Below, piece by piece: positions 24,631-32,000 of a DNA stretch of 32,000 nucleotides (its first letter is position 1; the number at the start of each line of letters is the position of its first letter). The stretch is from positions 3,390,001-3,422,000 of the forward strand of contig NC_009483.1 in the NCBI RefSeq assembly GCF_000016745.1. Reading direction: 5' to 3'. Source of the DNA: Geotalea uraniireducens Rf4. GTDB lineage: Bacteria; Desulfobacterota; Desulfuromonadia; Geobacterales; Geobacteraceae. The translations under genes and the position numbers were made by a program. Below the pieces are notes generated by a model. It saw nothing but the letters and a program-made list of their open reading frames with translations. It did not search any database and had not been told where the DNA came from.

Positions 24631-24924
24631 ATGATTTCCAGCGACATAACTTCAAAAGTCAACTGGTATGGACAGGATCACATTGTCAAGGTCAACTGGG
24701 AAAGCGACAACGGCGATTTGATTTCTGCAAGGTGCCTGGTCGACGGCAAAGAGATTGTAAAGTTTTTCAGGGGGAGATGGACAAATAAAAAGGGCAATAA
24801 ACGTTATGACAGCGATCATTTTATCATCCTGAAAAGATGCTGTGTTGATAACTTCAAAGACTCGAAAAACATGCTCCCGGCGTTTATGCCCATTTTCAGC
24901 ATCATTCATGGCGAGGAAATGTAG
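24631..24924 (+). CDS. Hypothetical protein (97 aa), low-GC orphan
   Basis: It has a good SD (AGAGGAG 7 nt before the ATG) and its own promoter. GC is visibly lower than in the neighbours. No motif recognised. Confidence 0.45.
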   Translation: MISSDITSKVNWYGQDHIVKVNWESDNGDLISARCLVDGKEIVKFFRGRWTNKKGNKRYDSDHFIILKRCCVDNFKDSKNMLPAFMPIFSIIHGEEM

Positions 24925-25012
24925 ACAGGGCAAGCGGCAAGACGAGCTGGCCGGCTGCGGTTCGCCGGATGAAAAGGGACCTGTTGCCTCTCAAGATGGT
25001 GCGGGACTGGTC

Positions 25013-25453
25013 TCAGTAAAGGTCAACGGTGAAAGAGTAAAAGTAAGGGGACATACCGTACCCCCTTTCGGCGAGGAAATAGCGGTAATAAAACTTGATT
25101 TTCTCCGGCTTGGAGCCGGGCGTGACAGGCAGGCTGAAGGAGAACGGAGCGTACTCGTCCATCGACATGGTTATTGGCAACAAAAATGAAGTATGCTCGG
25201 AGATTTTTTTCCCTCCCTCGTCAAGAAGGGTTGCGGTCAGTTCCAGGTCCCTGATGTAAGCGTAACGGGTATTCTTGACAAAGCCGTCGATACTGACAAC
25301 TTTGTCGTTTTGCGCGGTTCTCCAGAAGAGCGACAAATCATAGAATTTGTAGCTCTTCGGATAGAGCAAAGGATCGTATTTCGGTACACTGTACCCCTGG
25401 CAGGCTGTCAGCAAGAAAAACGCAACAATAATGACGGATATTTTCGATGCCAT
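25013..25453 (-). CDS. Hypothetical lipoprotein (beta-rich)
   Basis: The signal peptide has lipobox LLTAC (MASKISVIIVAFFLLTACQG). The mature part is Tyr-rich and beta-rich. No confident domain. Confidence 0.6.
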   Translation of the reverse strand: MASKISVIIVAFFLLTACQGYSVPKYDPLLYPKSYKFYDLSLFWRTAQNDKVVSIDGFVKNTRYAYIRDLELTATLLDEGGKKISEHTSFLLPITMSMDEYAPFSFSLPVTPGSKPEKIKFYYRYFLAERGYGMSPYFYSFTVDLY

Positions 25454-25587
25454 TATATCGGTATATCACAAAATCTGCCGATTTCCATTTCCCCCCTCCC
25501 CTACGCTGCATCAACGCATTAGGATACGGTCAGGAAAAAGGGATTGCTGCCGGAAGGGCAATAGTGATATATATAAACAGTACCTGA

Positions 25588-25620
25588 ACCACAGGGAGCC
25601 CCCCTGTGGTTTTTTATTTT
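25588..25620 (+). terminator. Intrinsic terminator-like hairpin in the 5' leader of the ABC-F gene
   Basis: ACCACAGGG-agccc-CCCTGTGGT is followed by TTTTTATTTT. It lies 24 nt upstream of the ATG at 25644. No plus-strand gene ends upstream of it. Confidence 0.6.
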
Positions 25621-25643
25621 TCCAAAAGGGAGTCAATCAAAGC

Positions 25644-27281
25644 ATGATAAGCGCATCAAACATTACCCTTGCCTACGGCAAGAGAGTCCTGTTCAAAGAC
25701 GTCAACATAAAGTTCACCCCCGGGAACTGCTACGGACTAATCGGCGCCAATGGCGCAGGAAAATCCACCTTTCTGAAGATTCTCTCCGGCGAGGTGGAAG
25801 CAGACAAGGGGGAGATCACGGTCGGCCCCAGGGAAAGAATTGCAGTACTGCGACAGGACCAGTTCGCCTTCGATGAAGAGTCGGTATTCAACACCGTCAT
25901 CATGGGTCACGCACGTCTATACCAGGTAATGGCCGAGCGGGAGGCAATCTACTCCAAGGCGGATTTCTCCGAGGCGGACGGGATTCGCTCCGCGGAACTG
26001 GAGGCGGAATTTGCCGAAATGAACGGCTACGAGGTGGAGTCCGAAGCTGCTGTGCTCCTGAACGGTCTCGGCATCTCCGAGGAACTGCGGCAAAAGAAGA
26101 TGAAGGAACTGGAAGCAGGGGACAAGGTGCGGGTGCTCCTCGCCCAAGCCCTCTTCGGCAACCCTGACGTGCTCTTGTTGGACGAGCCGACCAACCACCT
26201 GGACCTGAAGTCCATCGCCTGGCTGGAGGATTTCCTCTACCGCTTTTCAAACACGGTCATCGTCGTTTCCCACGACCGCCACTTCCTCAACCAGGTCTGC
26301 ACCCACGTGGCAGATATCGACTTTGGCAGGATCCAGGTCTACGTGGGGAACTACGACTTCTGGTATCAGGCAAGCCAGTTGACCCTCAAGCAGAAGCAAA
26401 ACGACAACCGCAAGGTTACCGATAAGGCCAACGAGCTGAAGGAGTTCATCCAGCGTTTCAGTTCCAACGCATCCAAGGCAAAACAGGCCACTTCGCGAAA
26501 AAAACTCCTGGAGAAGCTCACCATCGAGGAGATGCCGGTTTCATCAAGGAAGTACCCGTACGTGGTGTTCAAGCCGGAGCGCCCCTGCGGCGACATCATC
26601 CTGGAGATAAACGGTCTCTCCAAGCAGGTTGACGGGATTGCGGTGTTAAACGACCTCACGCTCACCGTCCGCAAAGGGGACAAGATCGCCTTTGTCGGCG
26701 CCAACAGCCTGGCCAAGACGACCCTCTTCCAGATCCTCGCCGGCGAGCTGGAGCCGGACGCAGGTTCCTTCCGCTGGGGAATAACCATCACTCCCGCCTA
26801 TTTCCCGAAGGAAAACAGCGCCTACTTTGAAAACGACCTGAACCTCATCGAATGGCTCGGCCAGTTTTCTCCCCCCACCGAAGGGGAGTCTTTTGCCCGC
26901 GGTTTCCTCGGCCGGATGCTTTTCTCCGGGGAAGAGGCGATGAAAAAGACCAGCGTCCTCTCAGGCGGAGAGCGGGTCCGCTGCATGCTGTCGAAGGTGA
27001 TGCTCACCGGCGCCAACGCCCTCATCCTCGACGAGCCGACCAACCACCTGGACCTGGAATCGATCACCGCCCTGAACAACGGTCTCATCGCCTTCACGGA
27101 GGTGGTACTTTTCTCCTCCCACGACCACGAGTTCGTCTCCACCGTGGCAAACCGGATCGTAGAGATCACCCCCGGCGGGATCATCGACCGGGTAATGGGC
27201 TTCGAAGAGTACCTGGAAGATGCCGAAGTAACGGGGCTTCGGGACGAGCTGTTCCACGGCCATCAGGAACTGGCGCTATAA
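25644..27281 (+). CDS. ybiT: ABC-F family ATPase, YbiT-like (translation-associated)
   Basis: ATG at 25644. There are two ABC cassettes and no TM domain. Walker A1 is GANGAGKST. LLLDEPTNHLD / LILDEPTNHLD occur twice. Signature 2 is LSGGERVR. VSHDRHFLN..V.THV.D is present. The N-terminal half resembles E. coli YbiT as I remember it (RQDQFAF, TVIMGH, VLLAQALF). Confidence 0.85.
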   Translation: MISASNITLAYGKRVLFKDVNIKFTPGNCYGLIGANGAGKSTFLKILSGEVEADKGEITVGPRERIAVLRQDQFAFDEESVFNTVIMGHARLYQVMAEREAIYSKADFSEADGIRSAELEAEFAEMNGYEVESEAAVLLNGLGISEELRQKKMKELEAGDKVRVLLAQALFGNPDVLLLDEPTNHLDLKSIAWLEDFLYRFSNTVIVVSHDRHFLNQVCTHVADIDFGRIQVYVGNYDFWYQASQLTLKQKQNDNRKVTDKANELKEFIQRFSSNASKAKQATSRKKLLEKLTIEEMPVSSRKYPYVVFKPERPCGDIILEINGLSKQVDGIAVLNDLTLTVRKGDKIAFVGANSLAKTTLFQILAGELEPDAGSFRWGITITPAYFPKENSAYFENDLNLIEWLGQFSPPTEGESFARGFLGRMLFSGEEAMKKTSVLSGGERVRCMLSKVMLTGANALILDEPTNHLDLESITALNNGLIAFTEVVLFSSHDHEFVSTVANRIVEITPGGIIDRVMGFEEYLEDAEVTGLRDELFHGHQELAL

Positions 27282-27304
27282 GGGGCACCACCTTTCCGCA
27301 ATCA

Positions 27305-27326
27305 GGGGCGCAGCATGCTGCGCCCC
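27305..27326. terminator. Perfect 22-nt GC-rich palindrome downstream of the ABC-F gene (hairpin without a U-tract)
   Basis: GGGGCGCAG-catg-CTGCGCCCC lies 24 nt after the stop. There is no T-run on either side, so this is a non-canonical terminator or a protein site. Confidence 0.4.
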
Positions 27327-27485
27327 GCCGTTAGCCTTGAATCAAGTAAATACACCAGACATATATCCCCCCATCCAACCAAGATCTCAATAATTTCCTC
27401 AAATTTGAACTGATCTCCCGCAGACTATCTCCAGAAGGGTACATCTTTCCTGAGCCGGACAAGCCGGAACCAAAATATTTTATTT

Positions 27486-27597
27486 CACGCAACGACGCGA
27501 CGACGCAACGTTTTAAAACCATGAACCAATAATTTGTTTAAAAGCCTTTCGTCGCTTAAAAGCGCCTACTTTTGGTGCATCGTCGCGTCGTCGCGTG
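27486..27597. repeat. Inverted repeat with 21-bp arms (19/21 match) and a 70-nt AT-rich spacer
   Basis: CACGCAACGACGCGACGACGC at 27486-27506 pairs with the reverse complement of 27577-27597, which is CACGCGACGACGCGACGATGC. Confidence 0.8.
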
Positions 27598-27708
27598 AGT
27601 CATGTCTTGCTTTAACATTTTGCTCACATATTGTAACTTCTCAAGTCGTAAGAGACTAACGGCTATTATAAGTTATAATTTACCAAAGTACTGATGGAGG
27701 TCCGTTTC

Positions 27709-28689
27709 GTGAAACTTCTCTTTGCCGGCGACGTGATGCTCGGCCGGCTCGTCAACCGGGCTTTGCAGCGCCTGCCGCCGGAGTACCCCTGGGGGGACAC
27801 CCTCCCCCTCTTCGCTACAGCCGACTGGCGCATGTGCAATCTTGAGTGTGTCATTTCAGACAATGGCACGCCATGGTCGCTCACGCCGAAGATATTCCAT
27901 TTCCGCTCTGATGCCGGAAACGTGGCCGTGCTGCAAGCGGCCCATATCGATGCCGTTTCCCTCGCCAATAACCACTCACTCGATTACGAATACGAAGCGA
28001 TGTTCGACATGCTCCGCATCCTGAACAAAGCAAAAATCGCCCACGCCGGTGCCGGTGCCGATCTGGCAGAGGCCTCCCGTCCGGCCGTTTCACAGGTACA
28101 GGGGTTAAGGATCGGCGTAATCGCCTTCACCGACAACGAACCTGCGTGGGAAGCGGCAACGGAACAAGCAGGAGTCTGGTTCGTTCCCATCGACCTGCAA
28201 AATGCGCGGGCTGCCGGGCTCATGGCAAAAATACATCGCGTCAGGGCAGAAGTAGACCTGCTCGTGGTTTCCGTCCACTGGGGCCCCAACTGGGGGCACG
28301 AACCGCCGCCGGAACACATCGACTTCGGCCGTGCGCTGATCGATGCCGGGGCCGATGCGGTCTTCGGTCACTCGGGCCACGTCTTCCGGGGGATCGAGAT
28401 ATACCGGCAACGGCCGATCATTTACTGTGCCGGCGACTTTATCGACGATTACGCAGTGGATGAGGTAGAACGTAACGACCGGTCGATGATTTTCATCCTC
28501 GAATATGATCAGTGTTCTTTGAGCAAGATCCGCCTTTATCCGACCGTGATTCGGGATTTCCAGGCGCGCCTGGCTCAGGGCTCGGAAGCGGAATGGATCG
28601 GCCGAAAAATGCAGCAGCTGTGTGCAGATCTGGCTACTTCAAGCCTATGGCTCAGGGATGAACAGTGCCTGGAAATCGTGCCGACCTGA
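27709..28689 (+). CDS. CapA-family protein (PGA_cap metallophosphatase-like)
   Basis: It has the N-terminal KLLFAGDVMLGR, then NLE..I, ANNHSLDY, HAGAG and VSVHWGPNWG. I prefer the GTG 27709 start (GGAGG 8 nt upstream). An alternative ATG lies at 27694. Confidence 0.8.
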   Translation: MKLLFAGDVMLGRLVNRALQRLPPEYPWGDTLPLFATADWRMCNLECVISDNGTPWSLTPKIFHFRSDAGNVAVLQAAHIDAVSLANNHSLDYEYEAMFDMLRILNKAKIAHAGAGADLAEASRPAVSQVQGLRIGVIAFTDNEPAWEAATEQAGVWFVPIDLQNARAAGLMAKIHRVRAEVDLLVVSVHWGPNWGHEPPPEHIDFGRALIDAGADAVFGHSGHVFRGIEIYRQRPIIYCAGDFIDDYAVDEVERNDRSMIFILEYDQCSLSKIRLYPTVIRDFQARLAQGSEAEWIGRKMQQLCADLATSSLWLRDEQCLEIVPT

Positions 28690-28870
28690 AGCACCTGCAA
28701 GCCGTTGTATTTCCTGCATGTTCATTAAATACAGTTTCCCCATTCAAGCAAATACCGTTTTAAATAATCCCAAAATAACGACCAATCATCCGCAAAGCCT
28801 TCAGACAGCCGACTTTCATCCTTTATATAAGAAACAAACGTATGCCCAGCAAAGATTATTTTACCACTGG

Positions 28871-28899
28871 TTGCTTTAATGATAAAATGGTGTTATAAA
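28871..28899 (+). promoter_or_regulatory. Putative sigma70 promoter of the Roadblock gene pair
   Basis: TTGCTT at 28871-28876, a 17-nt spacer, then TATAAA at 28894-28899, within an AT-rich 265-bp intergenic region. Confidence 0.4.
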
Positions 28900-28954
28900 T
28901 TTTATACGGCCTGACACACTTGTCCAACCAACCGGCGACAACGGAGGGGTTCAC

Positions 28955-29686
28955 ATGGCAACGGAAACATTACGCAAAGATTACCCTGAGGGATTCGAGG
29001 GCGCTATTGCCGGCCTTACACTTTCAGACGTGATTCAACTGAAGGGAATAAATCGTTTTTCCGGGTGTATTTCCGTGGAATACGGGAACAGGCTCGGGTA
29101 TATATTTTTCCGTGATGGAGAGATAATCCATTCCGAACAGGAGGGCGAATCGGGGGCTGATGCTTTTTATGAGATCATGAGATGGCCTTCCGGAAGCTTT
29201 AAAGTCCAACCAAAAGTAACAACCACCAACAATACCATTCAGGATAACTGGCGTTTCCTCATTCTTGAAGCGCATCGATTGATGGACGAACGTCACGAAG
29301 GGGACAAGACCGATCTTTCACCAGTCGCGGTCAATACAGCCACGGGAAGCGAAGCCCGCCCGACAAGCACCATCTCCGCAAAACTCAAACAGATACCCGG
29401 GGTAGAACATGCCGTGTTGATGGGAAAGGATGGTATCCCCACGTCCGACCGGAGCCTTGAGGGAGAAATCCTTGCGGCACAAGGAACATTCCTGGCGCTG
29501 ACGGCCGATCGGCTAGGCGGTTTCTTTGGCGCCGGCAACCTGAAATCGGCCGCAGTTCAAGGGGAAGTGCGCCAGTTGCTCCTTTTTGAATCGAGACAGC
29601 AGTACCTGAGTGTTGCGGTAAAGCCTGACTCCCGACTTGACGCGGTTGAAGCGGAAATCAAAAAGGCCCTCGTCCCCAATAAATAA
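28955..29686 (+). CDS. DUF4388 (PATAN-like) + Roadblock/LC7 (MglB-like) fusion protein
   Basis: The N-terminal GLTLSDVIQLKGINRFSGCISVEYGNRLGYIFFRDGEIIHSE...GADAFYEIMRWPSGSFKV is the DUF4388 pattern. The C-terminal LKQIPGVEHAVLMGKDGIPTS...GTFLALTADRLG...LLLFESRQQYLSVAV is Roadblock/LC7-like. SD GGAGGGG. Confidence 0.7.
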   Translation: MATETLRKDYPEGFEGAIAGLTLSDVIQLKGINRFSGCISVEYGNRLGYIFFRDGEIIHSEQEGESGADAFYEIMRWPSGSFKVQPKVTTTNNTIQDNWRFLILEAHRLMDERHEGDKTDLSPVAVNTATGSEARPTSTISAKLKQIPGVEHAVLMGKDGIPTSDRSLEGEILAAQGTFLALTADRLGGFFGAGNLKSAAVQGEVRQLLLFESRQQYLSVAVKPDSRLDAVEAEIKKALVPNK

Positions 29687-29749
29687 CGGCTTGTCGCATT
29701 AAAGAATGTGAAGACAGCTGATGCGGAAATGCAGTAATGGGAGGGAATC

Positions 29750-30496
29750 ATGGAGGCGGTTCTACAGCAGATCAATACGGTGCCAGGCGTAATCGGCAGC
29801 CTGATATGCAGGGAAAACGGCGAACTTGCGGCGCACTCGTTCCCGCCCCTCTTCGATGGCGCAATCCTGCAGAATGCGGCTGATGCAGTGGCCGAAAGTT
29901 CCGTGGGGCTTTCAAGCTCAACCGGCGACGTGAAAATTATCGACCTGCGCTATGACGATGGGCGCATCCTGGTGAAACCGCTGCAGCAGTCATTCCTGCT
30001 GCTGCTTTGCACTAAAACGTTAAACCTGCAACTGCTGGTCATGTCCCTCAACGTTGCGACAAAGAAGCTCGAAAAACTCTGCCAAACACGGACAACCGCC
30101 CCTTTATCTATGGCCATGCCGGCCGTTCAACCTACCAGAGCAATGGTCCTGACAACGGAGAAAGGGATACTCCTGCAGACGGAGATCATGAAATCCACTG
30201 CCAACACTTTCTGGGACCAGATGTTGGACGTGGTTGCCATTAACAGAACCACATCCCTGGAAATCAGTAATTTCTTCAAAACGGGAGCGTTCAAGAAAAT
30301 CAAGCTTACCAACCAGGTCACCGGTCACAGTAAAAGTTTTCCCGTAAGGATCATCAACAATGACAGCGAGCAAAGGTTTACCGGGAAAGCGGTAATCAGC
30401 CTGGCCATTGCGGAAACGCTCCGGGTAAACTCCAACGATCAGCTCCTCGCAGAACTTGTCGTCGGTGGAGGAAGATTGGGCTGGGAAGGGATCTGA
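29750..30496 (+). CDS. Roadblock/LC7 domain protein with an uncharacterised ~120-aa C-terminal domain
   Basis: The N-terminal LQQINTVPGVIGSLICRENGELAAHSF...AVAESSVGL...IIDLRYDDGRILVKPLQQSFLLLLC is Roadblock-like. I do not recognise the C-terminal half (...FPVRIINNDSEQRFTGKAVISLAIAETLRVNSNDQLLAELV); it has a weak AbrB/double-psi-barrel flavour. SD GGGAGGGA. Confidence 0.65.
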   Translation: MEAVLQQINTVPGVIGSLICRENGELAAHSFPPLFDGAILQNAADAVAESSVGLSSSTGDVKIIDLRYDDGRILVKPLQQSFLLLLCTKTLNLQLLVMSLNVATKKLEKLCQTRTTAPLSMAMPAVQPTRAMVLTTEKGILLQTEIMKSTANTFWDQMLDVVAINRTTSLEISNFFKTGAFKKIKLTNQVTGHSKSFPVRIINNDSEQRFTGKAVISLAIAETLRVNSNDQLLAELVVGGGRLGWEGI

Positions 30497-30528
30497 CTTC
30501 TTCGTTGCAGATATAGGCCTAAGACAGG

Positions 30529-31356
30529 TCAATAGATGGCGTAGTTCGCCGGGTCGGAAAAAACCTCTTTCAGAAACATGTTATTGAGATAGTGGCCTGT
30601 CTTGTGCGCCTCTACCCGCCCGAGCAGACGGTAACCACAGGTGTAGAAATCGCCGATCAGGTCGAGGATCTTGTGGTTGACCAGTTCCTTCTTGTAGCGG
30701 AGACCCTGTGGATTGACGATGCTGTCGCCGCCGATCACCACTGCGTTGTCGAGGGACCCACCCTTGGCCAGTCCTGCCTTCTTTATCGCCTCGATCTCCT
30801 CATGAAGAACAAAGGTACGGGAGTTGATTATGGAAATGGCGTTTTCCACATCCATGACCCTTTTGCGCTGCCGCCCCACCGGGGGCCGGAACTCGATGGT
30901 CATGGTGATGTCAAGGGTATTGAGCGGTTTCACCCGGACATAGGCATCGTTATGCTTGACTTCAACGGGACGCTGCACCTTGAGATAGACCCCCGACTCC
31001 GGGAATTCATAGATACCGGCCCGCCAGAGCTCATGGTAGAACTCCCAGGCAGAACCGTCCATGATCGGGACCTCCGGGCCGTCGATATAGACGATGCAGT
31101 TGGTGATGCCGGAGAAGTAGAATGCCGCCATCAGGTGCTCGATGGTCGCCACAGATGCGCCGTTGGCGGCAACCTGGGTGGAAAGTCGGGTATCGGCAAC
31201 CATGTCGTAGCGTGCGGGGATGAGGTTGCCGTTAAAGACGAAGGCAATGCCGAATTCACGCCGGGGGAGGAATTCCATGGTCACTTCCCGGCCGGTGTGC
31301 AGGCCGATGCCGGCCAGCTTGAAGATGCGATTTATGGTGGTCTGTCGTTTGATCAT
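30529..31356 (-). CDS. lpxC: UDP-3-O-acyl-N-acetylglucosamine deacetylase
   Basis: LHTG and ATIEHLMAAF..GI.N..V.IDGPEVPIMDGSA are present. HKILDLIGDFY supplies the Zn ligands H/D and KTGHYLNN the catalytic His, so all hallmark LpxC residues are present. 275 aa (short, Aquifex-like form). Confidence 0.9.
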   Translation of the reverse strand: MIKRQTTINRIFKLAGIGLHTGREVTMEFLPRREFGIAFVFNGNLIPARYDMVADTRLSTQVAANGASVATIEHLMAAFYFSGITNCIVYIDGPEVPIMDGSAWEFYHELWRAGIYEFPESGVYLKVQRPVEVKHNDAYVRVKPLNTLDITMTIEFRPPVGRQRKRVMDVENAISIINSRTFVLHEEIEAIKKAGLAKGGSLDNAVVIGGDSIVNPQGLRYKKELVNHKILDLIGDFYTCGYRLLGRVEAHKTGHYLNNMFLKEVFSDPANYAIY

Positions 31357-31507
31357 GATCGGGGCGTACTTCCTTTTCTTCTTTATGAAATATATCGGCG
31401 CAGCTCACCCACCCGATTACCGGCGGGTCCGACGGCTAACATAACCCGAAAAGTGTTTTTTTAGGAGGAAAAAATAGGGTGGACAGTCAAAAAAAGCGGC
31501 AAAAAAA

Positions 31508-31535
31508 CCCCGGACCTTCAGGCCGGGGCTTTTTT
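31508..31535 (-). terminator. Strong bidirectional rho-independent terminator
   Basis: CCCCGG(A)CC-ttca-GGCCGGGG is flanked by A7 (31501-31507) and T6 (31530-31535). It lies 38 nt after the DUF3106 stop and separates that gene from lpxC. Confidence 0.8.
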
Positions 31536-31572
31536 CTGCGGAGCAACCGTAGAGGGGTTGCCAAGTTCATTG

Positions 31573-32000
31573 CTAACGTCGACCTCCTCCATACATCTCG
31601 CCGGGAGGAGTGTTCCGCCACTGTTCACGCATGTGGCGGCGCTCCTCGGGGTTCATCTTTTTCCATTTCTCGCGCAAGGCCTGCCGCTCCTCCTGAGGCA
31701 GCCCCCTGAACCACTTGTACCTGCTGCGGATGTTCTCCTGCTCTTCGGGAGGGAGTTGGCGGAACCGCCGGTAACGCTCGCGGATACGTTCCCGTTTTTC
31801 ATGGGGAAGCTGCTGCCACCCCTTGAATCGCTCTTTTGCCTGTTCCTGTTCCTCGGGCGGCATCAATTTCCAACGTTCGACCCCCTTGCGCAAACGTTCC
31901 TGCCTTTCTGCAGGGAACTTGTCCCATCGCTCGGCAAAAGGCTTGAGCACCCGTTGTTCTTCGGATGGCAGGCTGTCCCAGGTCGTCCCCTGCTGCCCGG
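31573..32000 (-). CDS. DUF3106-type repeat protein (partial; the N-terminus lies beyond the right edge)
   Basis: It is built of repeats of W-x2-(L/M)-(P)PEE(Q/R)-x3-R-x-(R/K): ERWKLMPPEEQEQAKERFKGWQQLPHEKRERIRERYRRFRQLPPEEQENIRSRYKWFRGLPQEERQALREKWKKMNPEERRHMRE. The frame stays open upstream of the GTG at 31950 to base 32000 (..WDSLPSEEQRVL..). Confidence 0.7.
   Translation of the reverse strand, partial: GQQGTTWDSLPSEEQRVLKPFAERWDKFPAERQERLRKGVERWKLMPPEEQEQAKERFKGWQQLPHEKRERIRERYRRFRQLPPEEQENIRSRYKWFRGLPQEERQALREKWKKMNPEERRHMREQWRNTPPGEMYGGGRR

Noticed and set aside
27331-27522. 63-aa minus-strand ORF in the ABC-F/CapA spacer
   Set aside because: The region is AT-rich, the ORF has no SD, and it overlaps the left arm of the inverted repeat. 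Its composition is not protein-like.
30592-31464. 290-aa plus-strand ORF
   Set aside because: It is antisense to lpxC, which has all catalytic and zinc-ligand motifs on the minus strand.

Overview
This 32-kb chromosomal window has a gene repertoire that suggests a Geobacter/Desulfuromonadales-like deltaproteobacterium; that assignment is inference only and is not verified. No rRNA, tRNA or CRISPR array was seen. The layout runs as follows. (i) 1-2314: the end of an unknown CDS, followed by a translationally coupled DUF4062-like protein and an AlbA_2/Schlafen-like ATP-binding/wHTH protein. I treat this pair as a candidate conflict/defence module. (ii) 2485-5988: a hotdog thioesterase, a complete-looking En-less group II intron and a family-4 UDG. 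The intron carries an RT/maturase at 3169-4473 and a textbook domain V at 3085-3117. It sits in the udg-thioesterase intergenic space, directly abutting a 10-bp-phased ATTCGTG heptamer array. (iii) 6.0-21.3 kb: a mostly minus-strand housekeeping/signalling block. It holds a Zn-PLC-like protein, coaBC, an MBL hydrolase, a YhaM-like OB+HD nuclease, an FAD protein, REC / REC-HK / Usp / REC / Zn-ribbon-GAF, a RodZ-like protein, a PilW-like TPR lipoprotein, a PfkB kinase, a 4xS1 protein, a THUMP protein, a 60-aa ORF and an RluA-family synthase. (iv) 21.3-22.25 kb: about 0.9 kb without credible ORFs. It contains a ~165-bp inverted-repeat element, a near-consensus sigma70 promoter and a strong terminator ~270 nt downstream, which together suggest a structured sRNA. 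(v) 22.25-25.5 kb: small envelope and orphan genes. These are a DUF1540 Cys-rich protein, a secreted 11-residue-repeat Lys/Gly protein, an OMP beta-barrel, two lipoproteins and a low-GC orphan. (vi) 25.5-32 kb: a YbiT-like ABC-F gene with an orphan terminator in its leader, a 21-bp-arm inverted repeat, a CapA-family protein, a DUF4388-Roadblock + Roadblock-X pair with no adjacent GTPase, lpxC, and a partial DUF3106 repeat protein. All domain calls come from motif recognition by eye; no searches were run.
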